Positions 29,252 to 39,372 of a DNA stretch of 64,000 bases are shown one piece after another. Positions within the stretch are counted from its first letter, which is position 1. Each line of letters starts with the position of its first letter. A program made the translations under genes and the position numbers. Under the pieces are notes generated by a model. The model made no database searches, was not told the origin of the DNA, and saw only the letters and a list, made by a program, of their open reading frames with translations. This DNA is from Opitutales bacterium (GTDB taxonomy: Bacteria; Verrucomicrobiota; Verrucomicrobiia; Opitutales; UBA2987), in NCBI GenBank assembly GCA_965226885.1, contig CBDDEL010000012.1, positions 160,001 to 224,000 on the forward strand. Direction: 5' to 3'.

Positions 29252-31141
29252 TTACCAGACAACAGGATGGGTTGCCCCTGTTACGACATTGATTAATCCC
29301 TCCGGAGCGCCCTCGAAAGGCGCCACCAGGCACCATTTCCAGGGTGTGCAGGTGAGGAAAACGAAGATCATGCGCCGGGGCAGTCCCGGTTCGCCGATCC
29401 ACTCCATTTCGTCTGCCGCCGCATAGAGGTTGTTCAATTCTGCAGCCACCTCATGCGGCGGGCGGGCGCTCATCAATCCGCCAATTTCAAACCGCACACG
29501 GGCCGTTATGACGCCTTCGCGTACGAGGACCCAGCCGCCCCCCATGGCCGCGAGTTCGTTGACCGCCAGGGCCATGGCGTCGTCGTCGTTGCCGATTACC
29601 CACAGGTTGTGCAAATCGTGCGACACCGAGCAAGCCAAGGCCGAACGCGGTGTTTTCGGCCCCACTGTTCTCCAGAACATTTTCCCGATTTTGCCCTGGC
29701 CCGTATAACGGTCGATCAAAGCCAGTTTGGTGATCTCCTTTTCGGCCTCCGGCAGGACCAGGCCATTTTCCACCGGGAGCGTTTCGGTCAGAAAATTTTC
29801 TTCAAAATGGAAAGGTTTGAGGACGGCCGCCTGCACCGTTTTCCTGCCCTCGGGGGCGGGTATATGAAAATCCTCGGCCCTTAGTTGGCGCGGCAAATTT
29901 ATGGTCTCTCGCGCCCACTGCGGCCAATCGATTATTGGAGGATCGAGAAGGTATTTCCCGTTTTCAGCCGCCAACATGCCATCCGCGTAAACCTGTTTGA
30001 TATCGACGGTTTCGGGGTTTTCGAGCAAAACCACGTCGGCAAAACGACCGGGAGCCAAAGACCCCACCAGGTGATCGATGCCGGCGTGTCTGGCCGGGTA
30101 GAGGCTGGCCATGGCGTAGGCGGCTTCCACCGGCGCACCGCTTTTGATGGCCACCCGCAGGTTGTGGTCGGTGGTGCCGATTTCGAGGGCTTCGGCAGCG
30201 TTGCGGTCATCCGTTGTAATCGAGAGGTGCGACCAGTCTTTTATGCCCTTTTTCTTGAAGTAAGGGATGATCTGCGGCAGGGCGTGGTAGCGCAATTGCA
30301 GGAAAATTCCCCGGTTGAGCTTGTTCCAGGCTTCCTCCGCGAAACCCACTTCGTGGTCGCTCTCCAGACCGGCGGCGGCGAAGGCGTTAATGTCGCCCAG
30401 CTCTATCAAACCGGCCCCGTGCCCCTCGATGACTCCGCCGGCATCCCGGGCCGCCTGAATGACCTCCCAAATCCGGCCGGAACCGTCTAGTTCGGTGTTC
30501 CAGACCCGGGGCCAGTCCATGACTTCCCCCAATCCGATGACCCAGGGGTGGCGGGCCATATTTTCTCTGACTTCGGTGTAGCCATAGTAGCCCCCGCCGG
30601 TTTCGTAGGGCGTTGGAGGAGTGGCCGAGCCCAGTTCGGGAAAAATTTTCAAGGGGCTGCCGTGTTCCCTCGGCATCAGCCAGAACTCGACATTGTGCTC
30701 GCCGCTGACATTGGAAAATTCGTGGGAGCCTTCCACCGTCCAGGTGTTGCCGAACGGTATTACTAACGCGGCCTCAAATTCCGGTGTCAGGTGGGAGCTT
30801 TCGATATGCTTGTGCGATTCTCCGAACCCGGGAGCGGCGTAGAGGCCCTCGGTATCGACCATTTTAATAACTTCGCCAGTCCATTGGCCGGAAGGCCCTG
30901 TCCAGGCGATGCGTTTACCCTTGATCACGATATCCCAATTCTTTTGCCAGGTGAGCGTATGCACGTCTAGCATAGTGACGTGGGCCAGAATAAGGTCGGC
31001 TTTGTCCTGGCCCATGGCCACACGCATGAGATTTTGCCGAATCCGGGTTTCCTCATCAAAGGTAAAGTCTCCCCCATCGGCCCAAAGAAAGGCGGTCCCG
31101 GCCCCAATAATGAAAAGAGAAAGGATAGTGCATTTTTTCAT
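29252..31141 (-). CDS. Adenine deaminase (AdeC family) with signal peptide
   Basis: SHKHIESS, SHEFSNV, LGEVMD, EGH, SDHE, TDD, GSLAPGRFADVV, SHDLHN; leader MKKCTILSLFIIGAGTAFLWA. Confidence 0.85.
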   Translation of the reverse strand: MKKCTILSLFIIGAGTAFLWADGGDFTFDEETRIRQNLMRVAMGQDKADLILAHVTMLDVHTLTWQKNWDIVIKGKRIAWTGPSGQWTGEVIKMVDTEGLYAAPGFGESHKHIESSHLTPEFEAALVIPFGNTWTVEGSHEFSNVSGEHNVEFWLMPREHGSPLKIFPELGSATPPTPYETGGGYYGYTEVRENMARHPWVIGLGEVMDWPRVWNTELDGSGRIWEVIQAARDAGGVIEGHGAGLIELGDINAFAAAGLESDHEVGFAEEAWNKLNRGIFLQLRYHALPQIIPYFKKKGIKDWSHLSITTDDRNAAEALEIGTTDHNLRVAIKSGAPVEAAYAMASLYPARHAGIDHLVGSLAPGRFADVVLLENPETVDIKQVYADGMLAAENGKYLLDPPIIDWPQWARETINLPRQLRAEDFHIPAPEGRKTVQAAVLKPFHFEENFLTETLPVENGLVLPEAEKEITKLALIDRYTGQGKIGKMFWRTVGPKTPRSALACSVSHDLHNLWVIGNDDDAMALAVNELAAMGGGWVLVREGVITARVRFEIGGLMSARPPHEVAAELNNLYAAADEMEWIGEPGLPRRMIFVFLTCTPWKWCLVAPFEGAPEGLINVVTGATHPVVW

Positions 31142-31146
31142 TTTGT

Positions 31147-32348
31147 TCAGATAAGTGATAAACGTTGCAGAGTCCAGAATAAGGCCACCAAGCTGATAAT
31201 GGCGGAGCCGGGGATGAGAATGGCCTTCTTGAAATGCAGCCAATTGCGAAACCACCCCACGGCGCAGAAAGCCGCACAGAGCACGGCGATTTGCCCCAAC
31301 TCGACCCCGATGTTGAAAAACAAAAGAGAGGGAACCAATTCACGGCCGGAAATTTCCAGTTCCAGAAGCACATTGGCAAACCCCATGCCATGCAACAGCC
31401 CAAACAGGAAAACTACCGCCAGCCTGGTTTTACTCAAATTAGCGCGCAAAATGTTCTCCAATCCGACATAGACAATGGAAAGGGCTATGAGCGGCTCGAT
31501 CAGACTTGACGGAAGGGTAAAAATATCCAGCACGGCCACGGCCAGGGTGATGGAGTGGGCCAAGGTAAAACAGGTTACCTGGGCCAGCAGGGGTTTCCAC
31601 CGGATGGCCAGCAGAAAAAGCCCGACGACAAAGAGGATGTGGTCGAGCCCGCCCGGGATTATGTGGGTAAAGCCCAATTCAAGATATTGCCCGGCGAGAA
31701 AAACCCAGCCCATGACGGCCTCCTGCGGCTCCGGTGGCTTTGAGCCGGATGCTTCGGTTGCTTGCCCGGCCTCGGTCTCGGCCTCAGTCAGCCGGACCGG
31801 TTGCAGGGTAAACGGCTCGATTTTCTGACCGCCTTGCAGCCAGCGGGTGATGCGTCGATTTTCACCGATCGTTTTAATGGTCAGAACAATGGGCATTTCA
31901 ACCGGTATCTCAGGATCGGTGTGAAAAGAGAACGCTGCCTCATTTTGGGGCAGTTTTTCCACTAGTTGAATTTGCGTCATGGGCGCCGCCATGGGGCTGA
32001 AAAATCGTTCACTTTTCAGCTTTGGGAGGGATGCCGATACGAATTGCGGGGCCAATCTCGCCGCGCCGTAATTGAAGTGCATTCCTGCTAAAATCCGGTT
32101 CAGGATCGGATCGAGCCGCTCTTTTTGGGCCTCCGGGGGAAGGGTGGTCAATTCGTAATAAGGTCGGGGTCCGTTGAGGATGCGCGTAAGGTCGGCTTTC
32201 ACCAGGATGCGGATATCACCGGCATTCTGGTCGATTTCCACCACAATAATAGTCTTATTGAGCAAATGACCGCTGGCGGCTGGTGTGAAGACGGTCAAAA
32301 GCCCCAAACATAAGGCGGCGTAGAAAAGGGAAAAACCTCCGGCCTCAT
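31147..32348 (-). CDS. HupE/UreJ-family membrane protein with N-terminal periplasmic domain; probable 1-nt frameshift near the start
   Basis: LGFTHI..GLDHILF, FTLAHSITL, FGLLHGMGFA, FNIGVELGQ; the ATGA-coupled ATG 32348 is one base out of frame. Confidence 0.8.
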
Positions 32349-33409
32349 TGCGCGGACGGAATTTCATCCCTGTACTTTTCCCAGTTTTCCACCAATTCGT
32401 TGACGACACGGCTGCCAACCAGGTAAACATTCTCCAGGGCGGGCAAATAGGCGGAGTAACCCGCGCCATCCTTTTTCTCACCAGCCAGGCTTTGGGCCGC
32501 CGTCAATCCTTCATGGGGCATGGAGTAGTTCGATGCTGAGCGCAGGACAAGGTATCGGCGCGGATCCACTTTTTTTGCCCCGGCCAGAAAATTGAGCGAT
32601 TGATGCGTGGCGGTGTCCTCCATGGCGGCAGTAACGAAATTTCCTTTGCCCTCCGTCCAATAGGAGACCCAATCATTAGCCCATTGGGTGAGCAATTTGC
32701 CGTGCCAGAAAGTGGATGCCGCCAAGTGGTCGCCCTTCAGGACAAAGGGCGGTCGCTGCGCAATGGGGTAATTCTTATATTTGGCACGATGTTTTTTCAA
32801 TTCTTCGAGGTCTTCCAGCGGAACATCCTTGGTCAATTGATAGGCCCACTCGACCAGACCGGCGTTTAGGTGATAGACGGCTCCCTCGTTGTCCTCCTGC
32901 CGGGGGAGTTCATAGGGTTTGGATTTACGCAATGGGATGTAGCCGGTCGGCCAGTCCGCCGGAGCTTCGCGAATGTCGATTTGATGGGCGATATCGCCAT
33001 CCACCAGCCATTCGGCCCAAGCCGCCGAAGCAAGAGACATATCCGCGGGATCGACTCCGGAAATTCCCGCCACAATCCAGTAAGCCCTGCTCAGGTCGAA
33101 CCGGTCATCCATTCCCAGGGCCATAACCGAGGCCGCAGCCCTGGCTGTACCGATCCCCGTCACCAATCCCAGAACACCTTTTTCGTTGTAGCGCAAATCC
33201 CGGTAGCCCTGCGGCATCGGGAAAACTTTGTCGAGAGGGAAGCGTTCCACCCAAGTTTGAGATTCGCCGGGTCGGTCGCCGCTATCTTCCCCCGCCTCGA
33301 ACATGGTGACGACAACCACTTTGATCGGAAGCGGTTCCGCTGCCGATGGCAATACAGCCATAAAAAGCGGTAAAATGGCCGTTGTTGATAAAATGCTTAT
33401 CATTTTCAT
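32345..33409 (-). CDS. NUP ('purine nucleoside permease') family exported protein 1
   Basis: VVVVTMFE, FDLSRAYWIVAGISGVDP, FWHG, AMED, LRSASNY; signal peptide. Confidence 0.88.
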   Translation of the reverse strand: MKMISILSTTAILPLFMAVLPSAAEPLPIKVVVVTMFEAGEDSGDRPGESQTWVERFPLDKVFPMPQGYRDLRYNEKGVLGLVTGIGTARAAASVMALGMDDRFDLSRAYWIVAGISGVDPADMSLASAAWAEWLVDGDIAHQIDIREAPADWPTGYIPLRKSKPYELPRQEDNEGAVYHLNAGLVEWAYQLTKDVPLEDLEELKKHRAKYKNYPIAQRPPFVLKGDHLAASTFWHGKLLTQWANDWVSYWTEGKGNFVTAAMEDTATHQSLNFLAGAKKVDPRRYLVLRSASNYSMPHEGLTAAQSLAGEKKDGAGYSAYLPALENVYLVGSRVVNELVENWEKYRDEIPSAQ

Positions 33410-33432
33410 GGGAGTAGCTTAAATGAGCTTAG

Positions 33433-34494
33433 TCATTTCGCGGAGCCCGGTGGAGTATCTTTGTATTTTTTCCAGTCCTTGACGAGGGCGTGGACGACCG
33501 GGCTGGCCACCCTATAACAGGATTCCAGCGCCGTCAAACCTTGCGCCGGGTAGGGGGCGGTCAGGCTCCAGTCGGGGGTTTTTCCAGGAGGCTGATGCGA
33601 GTAGTTGCTAGCCGTTCTGAGCACAAGCACCCTGTTTAAATCCACCTTACCGTTTTCGGCAAGGCGGTGTAGAGCGCGCAGGGTGCCGTTGTCCTCGACA
33701 TTGGTCATCATGAAATTTCCCTTCCCTTCGGTGTATAATTTCACCCAGTCGTTGGCCCATTGATTGAGGACTGTTCCATGCCAGTAGGCGTTGGAACCAA
33801 GGCTCTCTCCCATGACCACTTTTGGCGGGGCCGACGCATTGGGAAAGCCCTTGTAACGTTTCCGAAACTCCGCCACCTCGGTGTGGTCCGTCAACTCCAC
33901 ATACTTGGTTAAATGGTAGGCCCACTCGACCAGAGATTGATTGAGCCTGAACGACATGTTGGGGTAAGTCCAACCACCGGACCTGTCATTCGGTTTTTTC
34001 CCATCGGAGGGAAAAATGCCATAAGGCCAATCCTTTGGCGCTTCCCGCGAATCGATGGAGTGGGTCAAGTCCCCGTCCACCACCCAGCGAGACCAGGCGG
34101 CGCTGCCGATGGATACATCCTGGGGGTCCCCTCCGGCAATGCCGGAAACGATGAAGTAGGTTCTGCTCAGGTCGAACCGCTCGTCCAGACCGAGGGCGGT
34201 TATGACCATGGCGGCATTAGTCACTCCCGGCCCCGTGCAAATGCCCATGACTCCCCGGTCGTTCATGCGCAGATCGTGCGGACCCATGGGAAAGGGATAT
34301 ATCTTGTCCAGTTTTTCCCTCTCCACCCAAAACTGATACTCGCCCGGCTTATCGCCCGTATCATCGCCGATCTCATACATGGCGATGACGGCCACCTTTA
34401 CCGGGATGCGCTCCTTCTTTTCGGCTCCACCGAGGGGCGCCAACACGAACAGAAGGAGAACCAGAGTTATTATTTGTTTTATCCTGTGCATCAT
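33433..34494 (-). CDS. NUP family exported protein 2
   Basis: VAVIAMYE, FDLSRTYFIVSGIAGGDP, YWHG, NVED, LRTASNY; signal peptide. Confidence 0.88.
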   Translation of the reverse strand: MMHRIKQIITLVLLLFVLAPLGGAEKKERIPVKVAVIAMYEIGDDTGDKPGEYQFWVEREKLDKIYPFPMGPHDLRMNDRGVMGICTGPGVTNAAMVITALGLDERFDLSRTYFIVSGIAGGDPQDVSIGSAAWSRWVVDGDLTHSIDSREAPKDWPYGIFPSDGKKPNDRSGGWTYPNMSFRLNQSLVEWAYHLTKYVELTDHTEVAEFRKRYKGFPNASAPPKVVMGESLGSNAYWHGTVLNQWANDWVKLYTEGKGNFMMTNVEDNGTLRALHRLAENGKVDLNRVLVLRTASNYSHQPPGKTPDWSLTAPYPAQGLTALESCYRVASPVVHALVKDWKKYKDTPPGSAK

Positions 34495-34503
34495 TTTTTC
34501 ATT

Positions 34504-35562
34504 TTAATTCTCTTCTGGGAGATGATTTTCGTAGCGGTCCCAGTTGTCCGCCAGTTCATGGAGCACTATGCTGCCGACTTTATAAGCCGCCTGTATGGCG
34601 GGCAGACCTTTTAAAACATAGGGTGCGCTGAAATGCCATTCGGCCCCCTTGCCTCGGGGCGGGGTGGAGTAATTGCTGGCCGTGCGCAGCACCATGATCC
34701 GGTCGAAATCGACTTTGCCCGATTTTGAGAGGCGTTTCAACGAGGTTAGACTGCCGTTGTCCTCCATCGCTGTCATGACGAAGTTTCCCTTTCCCTCGGT
34801 GTATAATTTCACCCAATCATTGGCCCAATTATTGAGCAGGTGCCCGTGCCAATAAGTGCTCGATCCCATGGCGTCGCCTTTCATGACGAAGGGTGGGCGC
34901 ATGGCGTTGGGGTAGTTTTTATATTGAATTCGAAACGCCTTCATTTCCGGGCCGTCTTCGATGGGATGATCCTTGGTCAATTGGAAAGCCCATTCCTGTA
35001 GGTGGGGATTTAGGTGGTAAACCACGACGGAATCGGAGGAGTGGGGCTTCCTTTCATTCGGCTTTGTGCCGCTCAATGGAAGTATCCCGTAGGGCCAATC
35101 CTCGGGAATTTCCCGCGAATCCATTTCATGGACGAGATCGCCGTCGAGGACGTATTCGGCCCAGGCCGCCGTTCCCAGGGAAGCATCTTCCGGATCGGCC
35201 CCGGCAATGCCCGCTATCAGCCAGTAGGATTTGGAGAAATCGAAACGCGGGTCCAGGCCCAGGGCCATAATGGTGGCCGTGGCATTGGTTACTCCGACAC
35301 CCGTTTCGAGAGCCAAAACGCCATTGTCGTTCATCCGCAAGTCACTTACTCCCAAGGGAAAGGGGATTACCTTGTCCAGTTTTTCCCCTTTAATCCACAA
35401 CTCCAGTTCCCCCGGGTTGCCATCATCCTGGGTTCCCCGCTCGAACATGGCCACTACCACGACCTTGACGGGTATCGGTTTGGCATCCGCCCATCCCGCA
35501 GGCAGAGCGAGAAAAGGAATCAACAAATTCAAGAACAATGGGTAAAACTTGGAATTATTCAT
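34504..35562 (-). CDS. NUP family exported protein 3
   Basis: VVVVAMFE, FDFSKSYWLIAGIAGADP, YWHG, AMED, LRTASNY; signal peptide. Confidence 0.88.
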   Translation of the reverse strand: MNNSKFYPLFLNLLIPFLALPAGWADAKPIPVKVVVVAMFERGTQDDGNPGELELWIKGEKLDKVIPFPLGVSDLRMNDNGVLALETGVGVTNATATIMALGLDPRFDFSKSYWLIAGIAGADPEDASLGTAAWAEYVLDGDLVHEMDSREIPEDWPYGILPLSGTKPNERKPHSSDSVVVYHLNPHLQEWAFQLTKDHPIEDGPEMKAFRIQYKNYPNAMRPPFVMKGDAMGSSTYWHGHLLNNWANDWVKLYTEGKGNFVMTAMEDNGSLTSLKRLSKSGKVDFDRIMVLRTASNYSTPPRGKGAEWHFSAPYVLKGLPAIQAAYKVGSIVLHELADNWDRYENHLPEEN

Positions 35563-35713
35563 AAGGACAAATTGCGAGTTTCTATTTCCAACGATTGGCT
35601 TTTACCGGAGAGTAAATGAAAAATCAAATCCTATACTTCTGCTTCGCTAAATTGTCACTGGCGCTATTTGGCGCTGGTAAATTCATTTTCCATGGATAGA
35701 CCTGAATTGCATT

Positions 35714-36651
35714 ATGAAAATCAGCTTTGAGTCCATAATCGCTTTGTTTTTCATGCCGCTGTGTCTTTTCGCGGAACCGCATTCTTCGATCCAACTGCCG
35801 GAAGGAGTGCCGGCCTCGCAGATCTGTGTTTTGGGGGGCACCAATGTTGCCAAGGCGCTCACCAGGACCGAATATATCCGCGGCTCTTTTACCATAGAGA
35901 CTCCGTTCGGAAAATCACCGAAAATTTATCATGGCGAGGTGAAGGGGGTTCCCTTTTATCATATTCCGCTGCATGGGGGCATCGAGTGGACCGGAAAAAC
36001 CGGGAGGAGATTCGCATAGCTCCCCTGCGTACCTGGTCGGCGATGCATCTTCTCGGGGTGACGGAAGTTTTGGGCGGCGCCACGGCAGGCGCCATCAATC
36101 CCGATTACAAACTGGGCGACTGGGTGGTGGCCGACGATTTTATCGATTTCAATGTGGAGCGGCCGCGTTCGATCGCCTACCAGGTATTGGGTGACGCCGC
36201 CGCCAACATTCTGCCAAGGGTCAACCCGGCCACCGACCCGCATATCGACGAGATTCTCTACCAGGCTTGTTTGAAAAATGCCAAAAGTGTCCAGGCCTGG
36301 AAGGGGGGTGTCATCGCGCAGGCGGCGGCGGGTCGATTTGAAACTGTGGCGGAAATAAAAATGATGCAAATGCTTGGATGCGATCTGGTTACGATGTCCG
36401 TTCCGACTGAGATATCCTATGCCCGGCAGTTGGGCATGAACTACGGCAGCATTATCGGCATCAGCAATCCCGCCGAGGGCCTCGGGGAATGGGGTTGGGA
36501 TACGCTGACGGATCTTTACCCGCGTTTTCACGAGCAATCCATCAAAATTTATCTCGAGGCAATTCCCAAAGTGGCTAAACTGGCGGGGGTTCCGCGGGCC
36601 GGGGACGCTCTCAGGATGCATCCCGATTTGGAACCGAAAAAGGATAAATAA
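35714..36651 (+). pseudogene. Second MTAP/MTIP-family phosphorylase with signal peptide, split by a 1-nt frameshift near 35995-36004 (may be a sequencing error)
   Basis: Frame 35714: leader, VLGGT, ETPFGKS, PLHG; continues in the -1 frame: GATAGAIN, GRFETVAEI, ISNPAEG. Confidence 0.8.
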
Positions 36652-36712
36652 TACTTACCCAATCGGTTATTGCATTATTATCGAGAGTTCCATTCTTTGT
36701 TTCACCATCATT

Positions 36713-38206
36713 ATGAAGATGAACTCAAAAAAACGATCCACTTGCAGCCCAATTAAATCCAAATTATTTCCTGGCCTGATTTTGGTTATATTATTTTTTA
36801 ACCAGACCTGGAGCGAGGAAGCCGGTTCCCTCCAGGATTTCAGTCAGATTTTTGAAACCATCAAACGGGAAGCCTCGCCGGAGGAGCTTTATACATTCCT
36901 CTACGATATGCCCAAGGGGGGCGACCTCCACCACCACCACGGCGGGTCCACCATTACCGAAGCCTGGTATAAGGTCGCCACCGATCCCGAATTGAATGAC
37001 GGCCAGCGCTATTATACCCGCAACCGGATAATGAATTGCGGGGAGGATGCCACTCCGCCGGGTTTGAGGAAAGGTTCAAAATCCCTCATGTATTGGGTTA
37101 ATATTAACGAAAGGTCCTGGCAAAAACTGAACGATTGCCCCCGCAGCGAGTATAAGCCCATCGATGAGTTGACTGACGGAGAACGCCGGGCCTGGATGTC
37201 GTCCCTCATTCTGGACCGTCCCGGCGAAAGCCAGAACGAATTCTTCGAATACCAGTTTCCCCGCATCAACGAGCTTTCCCGCAATCCCTATTTGATGAGC
37301 GAGTTGGTGGTGGACAACATGAAGCGTTTCGGGGCCGAGGGCCTGCTGTATTTCGAGCCGCAGGTAAGCGTCTTCAGTCGAAATGATAAAAATGGGAATC
37401 CCCTTTCTCCTCATCAAGTGTACAAAATTTACAAGGAACGCATCAACCGCCCCGATGCTTTGGCCACCGGGGTGACGGTGCGCTTCCAGTTAACCGTTTT
37501 GCGATTTGCTCCCGATGCTCTCGAGCGAGTGGGCCGGACATTCGAGTTTATCGATAGCCATAGAGATCTCTGGCGGGGCATCAACATGGCTGGCAGGGAG
37601 GACAATGAAAGAGGCCATCCCCAAAGGTTTACAGAAGCATACGACCAGGCCCTCCGCAAATATCCAGGAATCGGCATATCCATCCATGCGGGGGAGGAAA
37701 ACGAGCCCTCCGAACACATTATCGACACCCTGCGCCTGGGTGCCACCCGCATCGGACACGGGATCAACCTGATCGACGACCGCGACACTATGATGCTCAT
37801 GCGCACGGGCCGGTTCTTTGTTGAAATCAATCTCATAAGCAACGAGTTGCTAGGCTATGTGGATTCCATTGCCGAGCACCCGTTTCCCATATACCTTCGG
37901 CAGGGAATACCCGTCGGCCTCAGCACCGACGATCGCGGCATGTGGGATTCCAATATGACGGACGAATTTTATGTCGCCGTGACTCAATTCAACCTTTCCT
38001 GGGAAGAGATTATGAAAATTGGCAAATACAGCCTGAAGTTCTCTTTTGCTCAAACGGATGTGAAAAAGAAATTGCTGGAAGAATACCGCAAAAAGATGGA
38101 AACCTTTGCCCAAAAGTATTCCACCAGTGATTGGCGGCAGCCCCTGAAATCCGTCAAGGCCGTTACCTATGGATACGGTCAAAAACGTCTTGGCCTGAAA
38201 TTATAG
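36713..38206 (+). CDS. Exported adenosine deaminase, ADA2/ADGF-like
   Basis: MPKGGDLHHH, HAGE, RIGHG, EINLISN, STDD; N-terminal signal peptide. Confidence 0.85.
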   Translation: MKMNSKKRSTCSPIKSKLFPGLILVILFFNQTWSEEAGSLQDFSQIFETIKREASPEELYTFLYDMPKGGDLHHHHGGSTITEAWYKVATDPELNDGQRYYTRNRIMNCGEDATPPGLRKGSKSLMYWVNINERSWQKLNDCPRSEYKPIDELTDGERRAWMSSLILDRPGESQNEFFEYQFPRINELSRNPYLMSELVVDNMKRFGAEGLLYFEPQVSVFSRNDKNGNPLSPHQVYKIYKERINRPDALATGVTVRFQLTVLRFAPDALERVGRTFEFIDSHRDLWRGINMAGREDNERGHPQRFTEAYDQALRKYPGIGISIHAGEENEPSEHIIDTLRLGATRIGHGINLIDDRDTMMLMRTGRFFVEINLISNELLGYVDSIAEHPFPIYLRQGIPVGLSTDDRGMWDSNMTDEFYVAVTQFNLSWEEIMKIGKYSLKFSFAQTDVKKKLLEEYRKKMETFAQKYSTSDWRQPLKSVKAVTYGYGQKRLGLKL

Positions 38207-38325
38207 CCCGTCGCTGGAAGTAAACGCACTCAATTTTATCGAAGGGCGTAACAACAAAAACAGTAGGCCAGGTGTTGGCTGAAAATCGGGGCGGAGCACC
38301 TGCGGCGCATTGCCGGAACACGGGG

Positions 38326-38355
38326 AAAGAGTTTGACGCACGAGCAAAATTTATG
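38326..38355 (+). promoter_or_regulatory. Sigma70-like promoter upstream of PhyH gene 1 (coordinates approximate)
   Basis: TTGACG-18 bp-TACATT with an extended TG, in the 38207-38470 intergenic region. Confidence 0.35.
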
Positions 38356-38470
38356 CTACATTGGGGCAGATTTTTCAGTCGATGAAAAGTCTGCTCATAA
38401 AATCGGGCTATGAAAGTGCGGGACGATGAATTCATTTATTTAAATCGACTCTTTGATAACTCTACTAGTT

Positions 38471-39349
38471 ATGGCTGAAAACAAACTGCTATTGGAAAGC
38501 GATCTCAAGAAATTGGGTGAGCGGGCGGTTTTGGAATTCGAGAAAAACGGTTACTGGATCAGCCCCCAATTATTTGGCGAGGAGGAGGTTGAGGAGCTTC
38601 GCCACGAATTGATGCGGACCTTTCGGGGAGAAAAAGACTTCGACAGTATGCACTATTTCCAAAAGCCCGATTTCGATCCCGAGAGCGGCGAGTTCGGTCT
38701 CCTGGTTAATAGCTGGTGGGTTAACAAGAAAATCCGGGAAACCATATACCATTCCCAAATCGGCTACATTGTTTCGAAATTGCTCGGCGTACCGGAAGTG
38801 CGTCTGGCCCTCGATCAGATAATTTATAAACCATCCGTCGATGAAGAGGATGACTCATCTTCAAAAACTCATGTCGGCTGGCACCAGGATGCGGCCCATT
38901 TTACGGTCTTCAACACCTCCAATTATGTTTCAGCCTGGATCGCCCTGCAGGACACCGATTTATCCAATGGAGCCATGAATTTTATCGAAGGTTCCCATAG
39001 ATGGGGCCTGAATGAAGATGCGGCCACATTCATGGAAACAGACCTCGATGTCCTTAAAACAAGGTTTTACCGGGAAGGTAGGGATTGGGTGGAAATTCCG
39101 GCCATACTCAAGGCGGGGCAGGTAAGCTTTCATTCCGGTTTGATTTACCATGGCTCAACATCCAACACATCGGGAGAGCCAAGGCTTTCTCTCGTTTTAC
39201 ACTTTATGCCTCAGGGGACTGCTTACAATAAATACGGCGGATATAATCCCATGGGTGTTCAGATGGGACCGTATGTAAAACATGGAGACCTTTGCGATGA
39301 CCCATTTTTCCCAAAAACCTGGCCGGCGGCCCCAAAATCTTATTATTAA
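38471..39349 (+). CDS. PhyH-family Fe(II)/2OG dioxygenase 1
   Basis: FEKNGY, WHQD, SAWIALQD...NG....GSH, FHSGLIYHGS, PRLS. Confidence 0.9.
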   Translation: MAENKLLLESDLKKLGERAVLEFEKNGYWISPQLFGEEEVEELRHELMRTFRGEKDFDSMHYFQKPDFDPESGEFGLLVNSWWVNKKIRETIYHSQIGYIVSKLLGVPEVRLALDQIIYKPSVDEEDDSSSKTHVGWHQDAAHFTVFNTSNYVSAWIALQDTDLSNGAMNFIEGSHRWGLNEDAATFMETDLDVLKTRFYREGRDWVEIPAILKAGQVSFHSGLIYHGSTSNTSGEPRLSLVLHFMPQGTAYNKYGGYNPMGVQMGPYVKHGDLCDDPFFPKTWPAAPKSYY

Positions 39350-39372
39350 AAATATCCCTCTCTTATCCAATT

